From assembly GCA_035463115.1 (NCBI GenBank), contig DATHTO010000005.1, positions 4,061 through 68,060 of the forward strand: 64,000 nucleotides of DNA. The letters run 5' to 3'. Position numbers and translations under genes: made by a program. This DNA is from Actinomycetota bacterium (lineage in GTDB: Bacteria > Actinomycetota > UBA4738 > HRBIN12). The notes beneath the pieces are model-generated. The model searched no databases. It was not told the DNA's origin and saw nothing but the letters and a program-made list of their open reading frames with translations. Below, in pieces: positions 1 to 8,285 of this stretch (position 1 is its first letter; each line of letters starts with the position of its first letter).

Positions 1-2800
1 CGTCCCCGAGCCAGAAGCCGTATCGCTCGCTCACGCCGTTCGCGATGTCGGAGAACGTCGCCGTTCCCTTGTCGGCGGCGACGACGAGGTACGGATCGGG
101 ACCGTCGAGCACGCGGACACCGTCGGGATGGACCGCCTCGCCCTTCACGAGGTTGTCGGTGATGTCGAGCAGCCCCTGCATGAAGGTGACGTACCGCTCG
201 GTGACCTCGTTGCGGATCCCATCGGGCTGCATCGACGCCCGCTTCAGCACGAACCCGCCCTTCGAGCCGTCGGGCACGATGACGGAGTTCTTCACGCGCT
301 GCGCCTTCATCAGTCCGAGGACCTCGGTGCGGTAGTCCTCGCGACGGTCCGACCAGCGGATGCCGCCACGCGCAATCATGCCCCCGCGCAGGTGGATCGC
401 CTCGACGCGCGGGGAGTACACGAAGATCTCGAAGAGCGGGAACGGCTTCGGCATCTCGGGAACGTCTTCCGACCGGAGCTTCAACGAGAGGTAGTCGCGG
501 CCCTCGAGGTACGCGTTCGTCCGCACGGTCGCGTCGATGGTGCCGAGGACGTTCCGCAGGATGCCGTCCTGGTCGAGCGAGGCGACCTCGCGCAGGTCGG
601 CGAGGATCTCCCGGCGGAGCTCCGCCACCTCGTCGTCGTTGCCCTCTCGTGACGTGTCGAACTTCGCCTGGAACAGCCGCACGAGTCGCGCGGCGATGTG
701 CGGGTTCTCCGCGAAGGCGTCGTTGCGGTACTCGGAGGTGAACCGCGATGACACGCGGGAGCGATAGGTCCGGTAGGAGCGCAGGACCTCGACCTCGTGC
801 CAGTCGAGATCGGCGAACGTCACCAGCCGGTTCAGCGAGTCGATCTCGCACCGGCCATCCCACATCGCCGTGATCGCGTCGACCACGCGATCGGCCTCGG
901 TCTCGAGGTTGAGCACGGCGCCGCGTGCGTCGAGGACACCGAAGTCGTGGATGTACGTCTTGCCATCACCGAGGAGACCCGTCGGAACCTCCTCGACGGC
1001 GCGCAGACCGAGCGACTCGAGGATCGGCATGAACTGCGACAGGTCGACCTTGCCGCCGGTCTTGTAGAGCTTCACGCGGGTCAGGCGCTCGCCGGTGGTC
1101 TCGTTCCCGATGCCGACGACGACGCCGTCGGGATCGTTCGACAGCTCCTCGAGCCGCAGGACGTCGTCGACCGTCAGCTCCCAGTCGGTATGCGCGGTCT
1201 TGTAGTACTCGGGGAACCGCGCGGCGTACCGGGACGCGAGCTCGGTGCCACGTCTGCGGCCGACCCGCGCGACGAGCACGTCGAGCAGATCGTCGTCCCA
1301 CGTCCTGGACAGCCGCTCGACCTCCTCCTCGAGCTCCTCGTAGGGGATCTCGGGGATCTGGTGGCCGGGATCGACGTGGACGGTGAAGAAGATGCGTGCC
1401 TGCTCGGTCTCGCCGAGCGACAGGTGGTAGTCGATCGTGGAGCCGCCGAACCGCTCGAGGAACATCGCCTGCAGGCGACGGCGGAGCTCGGCGCTGAACC
1501 GCTCACGCGGAAGCGCGACCACGATCGACACGCTCCTGGCGTAGAGGTCGCGCCGCACGAGGACGCGGATCCCGCCGTGCTTCTCGAGCGCGAGGAGGCC
1601 GACGACGAGTTGGCGGAGCTCCTCCGTCGACGCCTGGAACAGCTCGTCCTTCGGGAACGACTCGAAGAGCTCCGTGACCTCTTTGTAGTCGTGCGATCCC
1701 GGGATCAGGTCCTCGGCCGTGAGGATCTGGTCGAGCTTGTGATGCAGCAGCGGCGTCTTCGCCGCCGGTTCCATGTAGGCCTTGCTCGTGAACAGCCCGA
1801 TCAGCCTGGCTTCGCCGATGATGTCGCCGTCGGCGGCGACCTTCCGCACGCCGATGTAGTCCATCCGCGCCCGCCGGTGCACGGTGGAGTAGGACTTCGT
1901 CTTCGAGATCACGAGCAGATCGCCGTCCTCGATCCGCGCCCTCACATCGGGCAGGAGCTCCGTCAGCGGCGTCGGTTCGGCGAACGTCGACGTCGACACG
2001 TCGGAGAGGATGCCGAGGCCGCTGGCCGGCACCGCGTGGATCGTGCGATCGTCGCCCGAGCCGAGCAGTTCGTACTCCCGGTAGCCGAGCAGGACGAAGT
2101 TCAGCTGCAGCAGCCACTCGAGGAAGTCGACGGTCTCGCCGACCTCTTGCGGCGAGTAGCGGACGGAGCCCGTGCGCGCGAGCTGCATCATGTGACGGAC
2201 GCGGTCCTGCATCGGCTCGAAGTCCCGGACCACGAGGTGAACGTCGTGGAGGACCCGCTCGAGGCGCCGTCGCAGCGCCTCCTTGTCCTCGTCGGCGAGC
2301 ACCCGGTCGAGCTCGAAGTGCATCACCGACTCGCGGTGGCTGGCGTCGCGACCCGACGTGACCCGCTCGAGACGGCCGGCGTCGTCGCGCATCGTTCCGA
2401 TCACGGGATGCAGCAGGCGGACGACGCCGATCTCGCGCGCGGCGAGCTCCTCGCTCACCGAGTCGACGAGGAACGGCGAATCGTCGGCGTTCGTCTCCAC
2501 GACCGAACCGGTCGCCTCGTACCCGTCGTCGTCCAGGGTCGGATCGAAGACGCGAACCTGGAGCTGGCGGGAACCGCGCGCGTCGGCGAACGCGTACGCG
2601 GACCTGACGAGGCCGTACAGCTGATCGGTGCCGAGCGATCCGAGGTCGTCGGCGCTCAGCCGGCGCGTCAGCGACCGCGCGAAGCCGAGGAGCGCATCAC
2701 GTCGCTCCGGCGCCTCACGCTCGATCCGCTCGAAGAGCGACTGGAGGGTCGGATGCACCGACGACGGCGGGTGGACGGAGCCCGGCGACGTGCCTGCCAT
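1..2800 (-). CDS. NAD-specific glutamate dehydrogenase, large (~1600 aa) bacterial type; only the N-terminal ~933 codons are present, the 3' end lies beyond the window start
   Basis: Absent from the ORF track because it is open at the window edge. My minus-strand translation from ATG 2800-2798 reads MAGTSPGSVHPPSSVHPTLQSLFERIE... with no stop down to position 1. Near the edge it reads ...RGGIRWSDRREDYRTEVLGLMKAQRVKNSVIVPDGSKGGFVLK, the catalytic-core signature of large NAD-GDHs. Strong G/C third-position bias. Confidence 0.85.
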   Translation of the reverse strand, partial: MAGTSPGSVHPPSSVHPTLQSLFERIEREAPERRDALLGFARSLTRRLSADDLGSLGTDQLYGLVRSAYAFADARGSRQLQVRVFDPTLDDDGYEATGSVVETNADDSPFLVDSVSEELAAREIGVVRLLHPVIGTMRDDAGRLERVTSGRDASHRESVMHFELDRVLADEDKEALRRRLERVLHDVHLVVRDFEPMQDRVRHMMQLARTGSVRYSPQEVGETVDFLEWLLQLNFVLLGYREYELLGSGDDRTIHAVPASGLGILSDVSTSTFAEPTPLTELLPDVRARIEDGDLLVISKTKSYSTVHRRARMDYIGVRKVAADGDIIGEARLIGLFTSKAYMEPAAKTPLLHHKLDQILTAEDLIPGSHDYKEVTELFESFPKDELFQASTEELRQLVVGLLALEKHGGIRVLVRRDLYARSVSIVVALPRERFSAELRRRLQAMFLERFGGSTIDYHLSLGETEQARIFFTVHVDPGHQIPEIPYEELEEEVERLSRTWDDDLLDVLVARVGRRRGTELASRYAARFPEYYKTAHTDWELTVDDVLRLEELSNDPDGVVVGIGNETTGERLTRVKLYKTGGKVDLSQFMPILESLGLRAVEEVPTGLLGDGKTYIHDFGVLDARGAVLNLETEADRVVDAITAMWDGRCEIDSLNRLVTFADLDWHEVEVLRSYRTYRSRVSSRFTSEYRNDAFAENPHIAARLVRLFQAKFDTSREGNDDEVAELRREILADLREVASLDQDGILRNVLGTIDATVRTNAYLEGRDYLSLKLRSEDVPEMPKPFPLFEIFVYSPRVEAIHLRGGMIARGGIRWSDRREDYRTEVLGLMKAQRVKNSVIVPDGSKGGFVLKRASMQPDGIRNEVTERYVTFMQGLLDITDNLVKGEAVHPDGVRVLDGPDPYLVVAADKGTATFSDIANGVSERYGFWLGD

Positions 2801-2858
2801 GACGAGGGCATTGTGTCAGGTCCAGCCGCCCCGGGAACGCGCGGCCACACGCGAGCGC

Positions 2859-4754
2859 TCACCGAACCCGCGGCATCCGGCGGATCGCTTCGACCAGCTC
2901 AGCGGCGCGGTCGTACCGGCCGAACTGTGGCATCACGTAGACCCCCGCGACGCCGTCGTCGCGCAGCTCCGCCACGGTCTCGCACGCGATCGCGAGGCCC
3001 TCGGCCCACCCGCGCTCGCCGTCGCCGGCCCGCTCGATCCTCCGGAGCGTCGCGTCGGGGATCGCGATGCCCGGCACCTCGTTGCGGAGGAACCGCGCGT
3101 GCCGGGCCGACGACAGCGGCAGCACGCCGGCCAGGAGCGGCACCTCGAGATCCGAGCCCGTCTCGTCGCGGAACACGTCGCGGAACGCGCGCAGCGGCGT
3201 CGCGCCGAACAGCGGCTGGGACAGCAGGAACCGGGCGCCGGCGTCGAGCTTGCGCCGGAGCACGCGTGACTCGCGCCTGCGATCGGGCGCGTGCGGTCCG
3301 ACCGCGGCTCCGGCGAAGAAGGCCGTCGGCTCGCCGATCGATGCACCGGCACGGTCGACGCCGGCGTTGAAGGCTTCGGTGATGAGCGACAGCAGCCCCG
3401 TCGCGGTCACGTCGACGTCGTTGAGCGTCTGCGGGTACTCGCCGACGGTCACGGGGTCACCGACGCAGACGAACAGGTTCCGGATGCCGAGCGCATGCGA
3501 GCCGAGGAGATCGCCTTGCAGGCGGAGGACGTTCCGGCCGCGCGTCGGGAAATGCAGCACGGTCTCGATCCCCGCGCGCTCCTCGATCGCGCGACAGGCG
3601 GCCCACGCGCTCATCCGCATCCTCGCCATCGGTGAGTCGGCGACGTCGATCACGTCCGCCCCGGCGTCCCGGAGCGTCGCGGCGCCGGCGACGACCGTCG
3701 CGGCGTTGAACGAGCGCGGCGGCTCCATCTCGACGGCCACGACCAGATCGCCGCGGGCGATCGCGCGCTCCAGGTGGGTCCGTCCTTCGGTGGGCCGGTC
3801 GCGGACGGCGACCGCTTCGGCGGGGGTCGTCGTGGTCACGGAGGCAGGCCGTGGCGCGCGCGATCCCACCGCGTCCGCGATCGCCCGGATGTGCTCCGGG
3901 CCGGTGCCGCAGCAGCCACCCACGATCGAGGCGCCCGCATCCACGAGCGCGGCGGCGACGTCGGCGACGTAGTCCGGCGTCGCCGGATACACCAGCCTGC
4001 CGCCCACCTCCGCCGGGCCGCCCGCGTTCGGGCTCGCGAGCATCGGAAGGTCCGGTGCCGCCCTCCGCATCGCGTCGATGATGCGGAGGGCCTGTGCGGG
4101 GCCTTCGCCGCAGTTCACACCGATCGCATCCACGTCGAGATCCGCGACGACGGCAGCCACCGTCGTCGGCGTCGATCCGAGCAGGGTTCGGTCATCGCGC
4201 GTGAAGGTCGCGCTGACCACGAGCGGGATCTCCGGCGCCGCCGTCCGCGAGGCGCCGACCGCGACCTCGATCTCCCGGAGATCCGACTGCGTCTCCAGCA
4301 CGAGGAGATCGACGCCGGCTCCCACGAGCGCGTTCGCCTGTTCGGCGTAGGCGTCGGCGGCCTCCGACTCGGGCACCCGCCCGTACGGCGACAGCCGGAC
4401 GCCGAGGGGTCCGAGCGAGCCGGCGACGAGCGAGGCGCCCGACGCACGGGCGCAGGTGACCGCTGCGACGCACAGCGCCTCGACACGGTCGGCGAGGCCG
4501 TGCCGATCGAGACGGAACCGGTTCGCCCCGAAGGAGTTCGTCAGGACCAACCGGGCGCCTGCCTCCACGAACGAGCGGTGCGCTCGCTCGACGATGTCCG
4601 GGCGGCGGACGTTCTCGGCTTCCAGACACGCGTCGGCGGCCGATCCCATCGCGATCAGGGACGTCCCGAGCCCGCCGTCGGCGACGACGATCGATCCGGC
4701 CAGGAGGTCGCGGAACTCCTCCCGGTCGAGGCCCCGCGCCTGCGTGCCGTCCAC
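2859..4754 (-). CDS. yitJ: Bifunctional homocysteine S-methyltransferase / 5,10-methylenetetrahydrofolate reductase (YitJ-type fusion)
   Basis: 631-aa ORF with a GTG start and GGGAGA about 8 nt upstream. The N-half is an S-methyltransferase domain (GGLGTSL, NCGEGP, Zn-ligand GGCCGTGPEHI). The C-half is MTHFR-like (HFPTRGRN, LLSQPLF). Confidence 0.9.
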   Translation of the reverse strand: MDGTQARGLDREEFRDLLAGSIVVADGGLGTSLIAMGSAADACLEAENVRRPDIVERAHRSFVEAGARLVLTNSFGANRFRLDRHGLADRVEALCVAAVTCARASGASLVAGSLGPLGVRLSPYGRVPESEAADAYAEQANALVGAGVDLLVLETQSDLREIEVAVGASRTAAPEIPLVVSATFTRDDRTLLGSTPTTVAAVVADLDVDAIGVNCGEGPAQALRIIDAMRRAAPDLPMLASPNAGGPAEVGGRLVYPATPDYVADVAAALVDAGASIVGGCCGTGPEHIRAIADAVGSRAPRPASVTTTTPAEAVAVRDRPTEGRTHLERAIARGDLVVAVEMEPPRSFNAATVVAGAATLRDAGADVIDVADSPMARMRMSAWAACRAIEERAGIETVLHFPTRGRNVLRLQGDLLGSHALGIRNLFVCVGDPVTVGEYPQTLNDVDVTATGLLSLITEAFNAGVDRAGASIGEPTAFFAGAAVGPHAPDRRRESRVLRRKLDAGARFLLSQPLFGATPLRAFRDVFRDETGSDLEVPLLAGVLPLSSARHARFLRNEVPGIAIPDATLRRIERAGDGERGWAEGLAIACETVAELRDDGVAGVYVMPQFGRYDRAAELVEAIRRMPRVR

Positions 4755-4948
4755 GGCGGCAGTCTCCCATCGTGGTCGCGGCTCGCCCGTGGGGTGCGCT
4801 TCCGTCGGGCGGAGGGCCGACGGAACGTCCGTGGCGCCGATGGGACTTCCGGACGTAGCTGCGATCCGCCTTCCCCGGCTACGCTACGCGCGTCGATCCT
4901 CGCCGGAAACCAGCGCGGAGCGACGGCCGCGGAGGCCGCGCGCCGGCC

Positions 4949-5008
4949 GACGGGCCGGAAGAGAGCGGGCCGGAGGAGAGCGGGCCGGGGCGGAACGGGC
5001 CGGGAGGG
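4949..5008. repeat. Four tandem 15-bp units, each containing CGGGCCGG (cores at 4951, 4966, 4981, 4996)
   Basis: Read directly: ga-CGGGCCGG-aagag / ag-CGGGCCGG-aggag / ag-CGGGCCGG-ggcgg / aa-CGGGCCGG-gaggg. The array ends 10 nt before ATG 5019. Confidence 0.85.
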
Positions 5009-5018
5009 CACGAACCGG

Positions 5019-6683
5019 ATGAACCAGCGCCACACCCGCATCGTGGTGGGTGAAGGGCAGACGCTCCGCAAGGGCCTGCTCCGTTTCGCCCTCGAGGGCG
5101 AGGGCTACGACGTCGTGGCCGAGGCCCGCTCGTCGGCCGAGCTCGCCCGCCTCGTCGCCGTCCACGAGCCCGACGTGGTCGTCCTCGATGACGGGATCGG
5201 CGCGACGGCCGTCCAGATGGCGCGCGAGCTCGCGCCCCGCGCGAAGATCGTGTTGGTGTGGCCCGGGGCCGTGATGCCGATCGGCGGTGACGCCCGCGTC
5301 GAGCCGTCGCAGGTGCTGCAGGAGCTCGGAGCCGCGATCCAGAGGGTCACGGTCCGCCCGACCCCCGCGACCGAGACGTTCAAGAAGCCGGCGTGGATCG
5401 ACCGCATCCGCAAGGATCCGGCGACGCTCCGTGACCTCCTCGACAAGAGGGGCGGCCTCCCACGACGCCCGAGCGTGACGGAGCTGCAACGACGGGGGCA
5501 GCGCCTGCATCCCGTCGAGCCGCCGGAGGGCGAGACCACGCCCGACGACGGAACGGTCGCGCCGGCGCCCGAACCCGACGACGCCGACCGACCCGTTGCG
5601 CCCGTGGTGATCCTGCCGGTCCCAGGAGCGGGCGAGCGAGGCTCCGACGACGCGATCGTCGTCGTCGACGGGCCCGGGGGATCGGACGCCGGCGGAACAG
5701 CAGACCCCGGGGCCTCCGCCGCGTCCGAGGGCGACGACGCCGCGCCGCGCGACCCGGTGCCCGCCGGGCGAGGGCACGCGTCCGCGGTCACGTCCGAGAG
5801 CGACGGTGATCGCCGTGCGGCAGCCGTCGCGCTGCCCCCCGCAGCCGCGGCCGCCGGCGACGTCACCGCGACGGAATGGAACCGCCGCCTCGGATCGATC
5901 GCGCTCGGGAGCGCGGCGGTGGCGGGGGCGCTCGTCCTGGCCCTGTCGCTCGGTGGTTCACGTGTCCCGACCGACGTGCTCGCGGCCGATCCGACCCTCC
6001 CGTCTTCCGGAGCGGAGCCGCCCGCGACGACGGCGGACGACGTCGGCGTCACGGGCATCGATGGAACCGGCGTGCCGGCCCCCGGCGCACCGGCCCTCGA
6101 GCCGGTCCCCGTGGCGCCGTTCGGGTCAGGGACGGCCCCGGACGGAGGATCCGACCCGTCCGACGTGCCGGACGGTCCGAGCCGACCGGGTGGCCCGACG
6201 GACCCGGGGGGACCCCCGGACCCAGGTGGCCCGACGGAACCCACGTACCCGCCGTCGCCCACGGAGCCTCCTCCGTCGCCCGAGCCCCCAGAGGGCGTGC
6301 GACTTCCTGGCGCGAGCGGCCGCAACCCCCACGATGGTCCTCCAGGCATCACGGGCAACCGTCCCGACGCCCCTGCGCACGGCGGCGGTCATGGTCACGG
6401 CGGCGGTCACGGTCACGGCGGCGGTCATGGTCACGGGAACAACGCCGGGGGGAACGCCCCGGGCAACGCCGGCGGGAACGCTCCCGGCAACGCGGGGGGC
6501 AACGCCCCGGGCAACGCCGGCGGCAACGGAGCCGGGCACGGGAACGCCCCGGGCAACGCCGGCGGGAACGCTCCCGGCAACGCGGGGGGCAACGCCCCGG
6601 GCAACGCCGGCGGGAACGCTCCCGGCAACGCCGGCGGGAACCATGGCGGCGGCGACCGCCCGAAGCACCACCGCCCCGCCTGA
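5019..6683 (+). CDS. Receiver-like domain protein with a single TM segment and a Pro-rich, His/Gly- and Gly/Asn/Ala-repeat C-terminal tail (function unknown)
   Basis: Trimmed from the 969-aa track ORF to ATG 5019 (GGGAGGG about 10 nt upstream). Residues 1-115 have a CheY-like pattern (RIVVGEG, DVVVLDD, KIVLVWPG) without the usual N-terminal acidic pair. A Pro/Asp-rich linker follows, then one TM (LGSIALGSAAVAGALVLALSLGG). The tail contains (HGGGHG)3 and about 16 GNA(P/G) units. Confidence 0.7.
   Translation: MNQRHTRIVVGEGQTLRKGLLRFALEGEGYDVVAEARSSAELARLVAVHEPDVVVLDDGIGATAVQMARELAPRAKIVLVWPGAVMPIGGDARVEPSQVLQELGAAIQRVTVRPTPATETFKKPAWIDRIRKDPATLRDLLDKRGGLPRRPSVTELQRRGQRLHPVEPPEGETTPDDGTVAPAPEPDDADRPVAPVVILPVPGAGERGSDDAIVVVDGPGGSDAGGTADPGASAASEGDDAAPRDPVPAGRGHASAVTSESDGDRRAAAVALPPAAAAAGDVTATEWNRRLGSIALGSAAVAGALVLALSLGGSRVPTDVLAADPTLPSSGAEPPATTADDVGVTGIDGTGVPAPGAPALEPVPVAPFGSGTAPDGGSDPSDVPDGPSRPGGPTDPGGPPDPGGPTEPTYPPSPTEPPPSPEPPEGVRLPGASGRNPHDGPPGITGNRPDAPAHGGGHGHGGGHGHGGGHGHGNNAGGNAPGNAGGNAPGNAGGNAPGNAGGNGAGHGNAPGNAGGNAPGNAGGNAPGNAGGNAPGNAGGNHGGGDRPKHHRPA
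6378..6641 (+). repeat. In-frame coding tandem repeats: 3 x 18 bp (HGGGHG), then about 16 x 12 bp (G-N-A-P/G), with a perfect 74-nt higher-order duplication at 90-bp offset
   Basis: CACGGCGGCGGTCAYGGT x3 runs from 6378. GGN-AAC-GCN-SSN units run from 6438 to 6641. Positions 6450-6523 are identical to 6540-6613. Confidence 0.9.
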
Positions 6684-6729
6684 ACCGGCACCCGCACGAG
6701 CGTGGCTCCCGCGACGGTAGCCTGGCCAC

Positions 6730-7833
6730 ATGCCGTCCGATCGCGTCTTCAACTTCGGCGCCGGACCGGGAACGCTGCCTCTGCCCGTGCTCGAGCGCGC
6801 CCAGGACGAGTTCCTCTCCGTCGACGACGCCGGCGCGTCGCCGCTGGAGGTCTCCCACCGGGGAACGTGGTTCCGCGGCGTGATCGAGCGGGCCAAGGCC
6901 GATCTCCGCCGGCTCCTCGACGTTCCGGACGGCCATCACGTCGTGTTCTGCCAGGGCGGAGCCACGATGCAGTTCGCGATGGTGGCGACGAACCTCGCGT
7001 CCGGCGGAACGCCCGACTACGTCCTCACGGGAGCGTGGGGCGCCAAGGCGGTGGCGGAAGCCGAGCGGCTCGGCGACGCGCGCATCGCCTGGACCGGCGC
7101 CGACGACGGGTTCCGGCGCGTTCCCACGACGCAGGAGCTGGCCTCGGCCTTGTCGCCGGACGCCGCGTACGCGCACGTCACGACGAACGAGACGATCCAG
7201 GGCGTGACGTTCCCGCATACGCCCGTCGTTCCGGAGTCGGTGCGACTCGTCGCCGACGCCTCGTCGGACCTCCTCTCGCGGCCCGTCGACGTCGGTCGCC
7301 ACGCGGTGCTGTACGCGGGCGCCCAGAAGAACGCCGGCCCCGCGGGGGTCACGATCGCGATCGTCGCGGGCGAGGTCCTGGGCGACGTTCCGGACGGGCT
7401 TCCGACGATGCTCGACTACCGCACGTACGTCGAACACGGTTCGCTCTACAACACGCCGCCCGTCTTCGCGATCTACATCGTCGGGCTCGTCGCCCGGTGG
7501 CTCCTGGAGGACGTGGGCGGCCTCGACGCGATGCTCGAGCGCAACCGCGCGAAGGCGAAGCTGCTCTACGACGTCCTGGACGCGTCGCCGCGGTTCTTCC
7601 GCGGGCATGCCGAGGTTCCGTCGCGATCGCTGATGAACGTGACGTTCCGGTTGCCGAGCGAGGACCTCGAGGCCCGCTTCGTCGAGGAAGCCGCCGCGGG
7701 CGGCATGATCGAGCTGAAGGGACACCGCAGCGTCGGAGGGATCCGCGCCTCGATCTACAACGCGATGCCGATCGAGGGCGTCCGGGCCCTCGCCGCGTTC
7801 ATGCGGGAGTTCCGCGACCGCTACGCGGACTGA
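6730..7833 (+). CDS. serC: Phosphoserine aminotransferase
   Basis: 367 aa beginning MPSDRVFNFGAGPGTLPLPVLERAQDEF, with SHRG and CQGGAT motifs typical of SerC. TAGCCT lies 6 nt upstream of the ATG. Confidence 0.95.
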   Translation: MPSDRVFNFGAGPGTLPLPVLERAQDEFLSVDDAGASPLEVSHRGTWFRGVIERAKADLRRLLDVPDGHHVVFCQGGATMQFAMVATNLASGGTPDYVLTGAWGAKAVAEAERLGDARIAWTGADDGFRRVPTTQELASALSPDAAYAHVTTNETIQGVTFPHTPVVPESVRLVADASSDLLSRPVDVGRHAVLYAGAQKNAGPAGVTIAIVAGEVLGDVPDGLPTMLDYRTYVEHGSLYNTPPVFAIYIVGLVARWLLEDVGGLDAMLERNRAKAKLLYDVLDASPRFFRGHAEVPSRSLMNVTFRLPSEDLEARFVEEAAAGGMIELKGHRSVGGIRASIYNAMPIEGVRALAAFMREFRDRYAD

Positions 7834-7894
7834 GATCGGGGCGGCGCGTCTCGGCGAGCGGCTCGCGATCGCCTCGAGGACGACGCGACGCGTG

Positions 7895-8263
7895 CTATCC
7901 GGCGACGAGCGCGATGTCGAACTCGTTGCCGTCGGGATCGGCCATCGTGCGCCACGTGAACGGCTCGAGCTCGCGTGTCTGTCCGTCGACCCAGCGCCCG
8001 CCCAACCCCTCGATCCGGCGCGTCGCCGCGTCGAGGTCGGGGACGCCGAGGTCGAGGTGGACGCGGTTCTTCGTTCCCGACTTCGCCTCCGGGACGCGCT
8101 GGATGCACACGACCGGCAGGCCCTCGCGGCCCTTCAGGAACGCGAACCGCCCGTCGTCGAACCACTCGTCGATCTCGGTACCGAGCACCGCGCCCCAGAA
8201 CGCCGCCGAGCGCTCAGGGTCGACCGCGTCGATCGTCACGTAGAGGAAGCTCGCGTCCGTCAT
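7895..8263 (-). CDS. VOC (glyoxalase/bleomycin-resistance/dioxygenase) family protein
   Basis: 122 aa, containing ...VHLDLGVPDLDAA...MADPDGNEFDI. GGAAGGAA SD upstream. Confidence 0.85.
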   Translation of the reverse strand: MTDASFLYVTIDAVDPERSAAFWGAVLGTEIDEWFDDGRFAFLKGREGLPVVCIQRVPEAKSGTKNRVHLDLGVPDLDAATRRIEGLGGRWVDGQTRELEPFTWRTMADPDGNEFDIALVAG

Positions 8264-8285
8264 CGTCGGTTCCTTCCCGTGTGCG

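Noticed and set aside
797-3370. 857-aa plus-strand ORF
   Set aside because: It is antisense to the GDH and yitJ genes. It has an extreme Arg/Pro/Ala composition and no recognisable motifs. This is a typical shadow ORF of a high-GC genome.
4755-4948. Possible SAM, SAH or cobalamin riboswitch in the yitJ leader (hairpins CGUCC...GGACG and CCGUCGG-cccuccg-CCCGACGG, a GGGAAG and a GCCAC element)
   Set aside because: I could not align the conserved cores of SAM-I, SAM-IV or SAH, or the cobalamin B12 box. The resemblance is limited to short GC-rich words. An Infernal/Rfam scan would settle it.
3774-5018. 5' two-fifths of the 969-aa ORF ending at 6683
   Set aside because: It is antisense to yitJ and Arg/Gly-rich. 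A credible SD plus ATG at 5019 starts the receiver domain.
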